Assembly: GCF_963921235.1 (NCBI RefSeq)
Contig: NC_086110.1
Coordinates: 13,764,001-13,828,000, forward strand
Source: Mobula hypostoma
Lineage: Eukaryota
Reading direction: 5' to 3'
DNA length: 64,000 nucleotides
Part shown: positions 63,865 through 64,000 of the stretch, in pieces
Position numbering within the stretch: position 1 is the stretch's first letter
Layout of the letters: every line of letters begins with the position of its first letter
Notes under the pieces: model-generated
What the model was told of the DNA's origin: nothing
What the model saw: the letters and a program-made list of their open reading frames with translations, nothing else
Databases searched by the model: none
Program-made: the position numbers and the translations under genes

Positions 63865-64000
63865 AAGCATATAACCATATAACAATTACAGCAAGGAAAC
63901 AGGCCATCTCGGCCCTTCTAGTCCGTGCCGCACTCTTACTCTCACCTAGTCCCACCGACCTGCGCTCAGCCCATAACCCTCCATTCCTTTCCTGTCCATA
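63865..64000 (-). mobile_element. CR1 3' tail running off the window end
   Basis: (aaccatat)n followed by aattacagcaaggaaacaggccatctcggcccttctagtccgtgccg, the reverse complement of the tail at about 12110-12160. Confidence 0.85.

Overview
Eukaryotic (vertebrate) genomic DNA that is mostly transposable elements. The repeat landscape (CR1, Rex1/Babar, RTE, L1/Tx1, Penelope-like, Gypsy LTRs, Helitron, tRNA-derived SINEs) and intron-split immune genes suggest a cartilaginous fish, probably a ray; this is inference, not a database result. Three host loci were found by manual exon reading, all on the minus strand. (1) The 3' half of an apparently intact SIRP-like inhibitory Ig-superfamily receptor: C1 exon 63331-63627, TM exon 60143-60250, and cytoplasmic exons 59323-59366 and 57857-58003 carrying LTYAAL and SVYADV tyrosine motifs. 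Its leader and V exons should lie beyond the window end. (2) A decayed paralog of the same receptor: leader 29938-29982, VJ-type V exon about 29390-29770, C1 exon 22917-23210, TM exon missing. (3) A decayed LRRC36/CEP72-family gene: exon 2 at 17002-17111 and exon 3 at 10940-11131, with an inverted duplicate of exon 2. Notable elements are a Helitron whose empty site survives in the paralog, an LTR-173 bp-LTR element nested in a Gypsy integrase, a young Penelope-like element with inverted arms and a 14-bp TSD, and one L1/Tx1 element stretched to about 19 kb by nested insertions. Most ORFs in the supplied track are retroelement fragments or antisense noise. Protein family assignments come from motifs and recalled sequences and need BLAST/HMM confirmation. 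Many TE boundaries are approximate.
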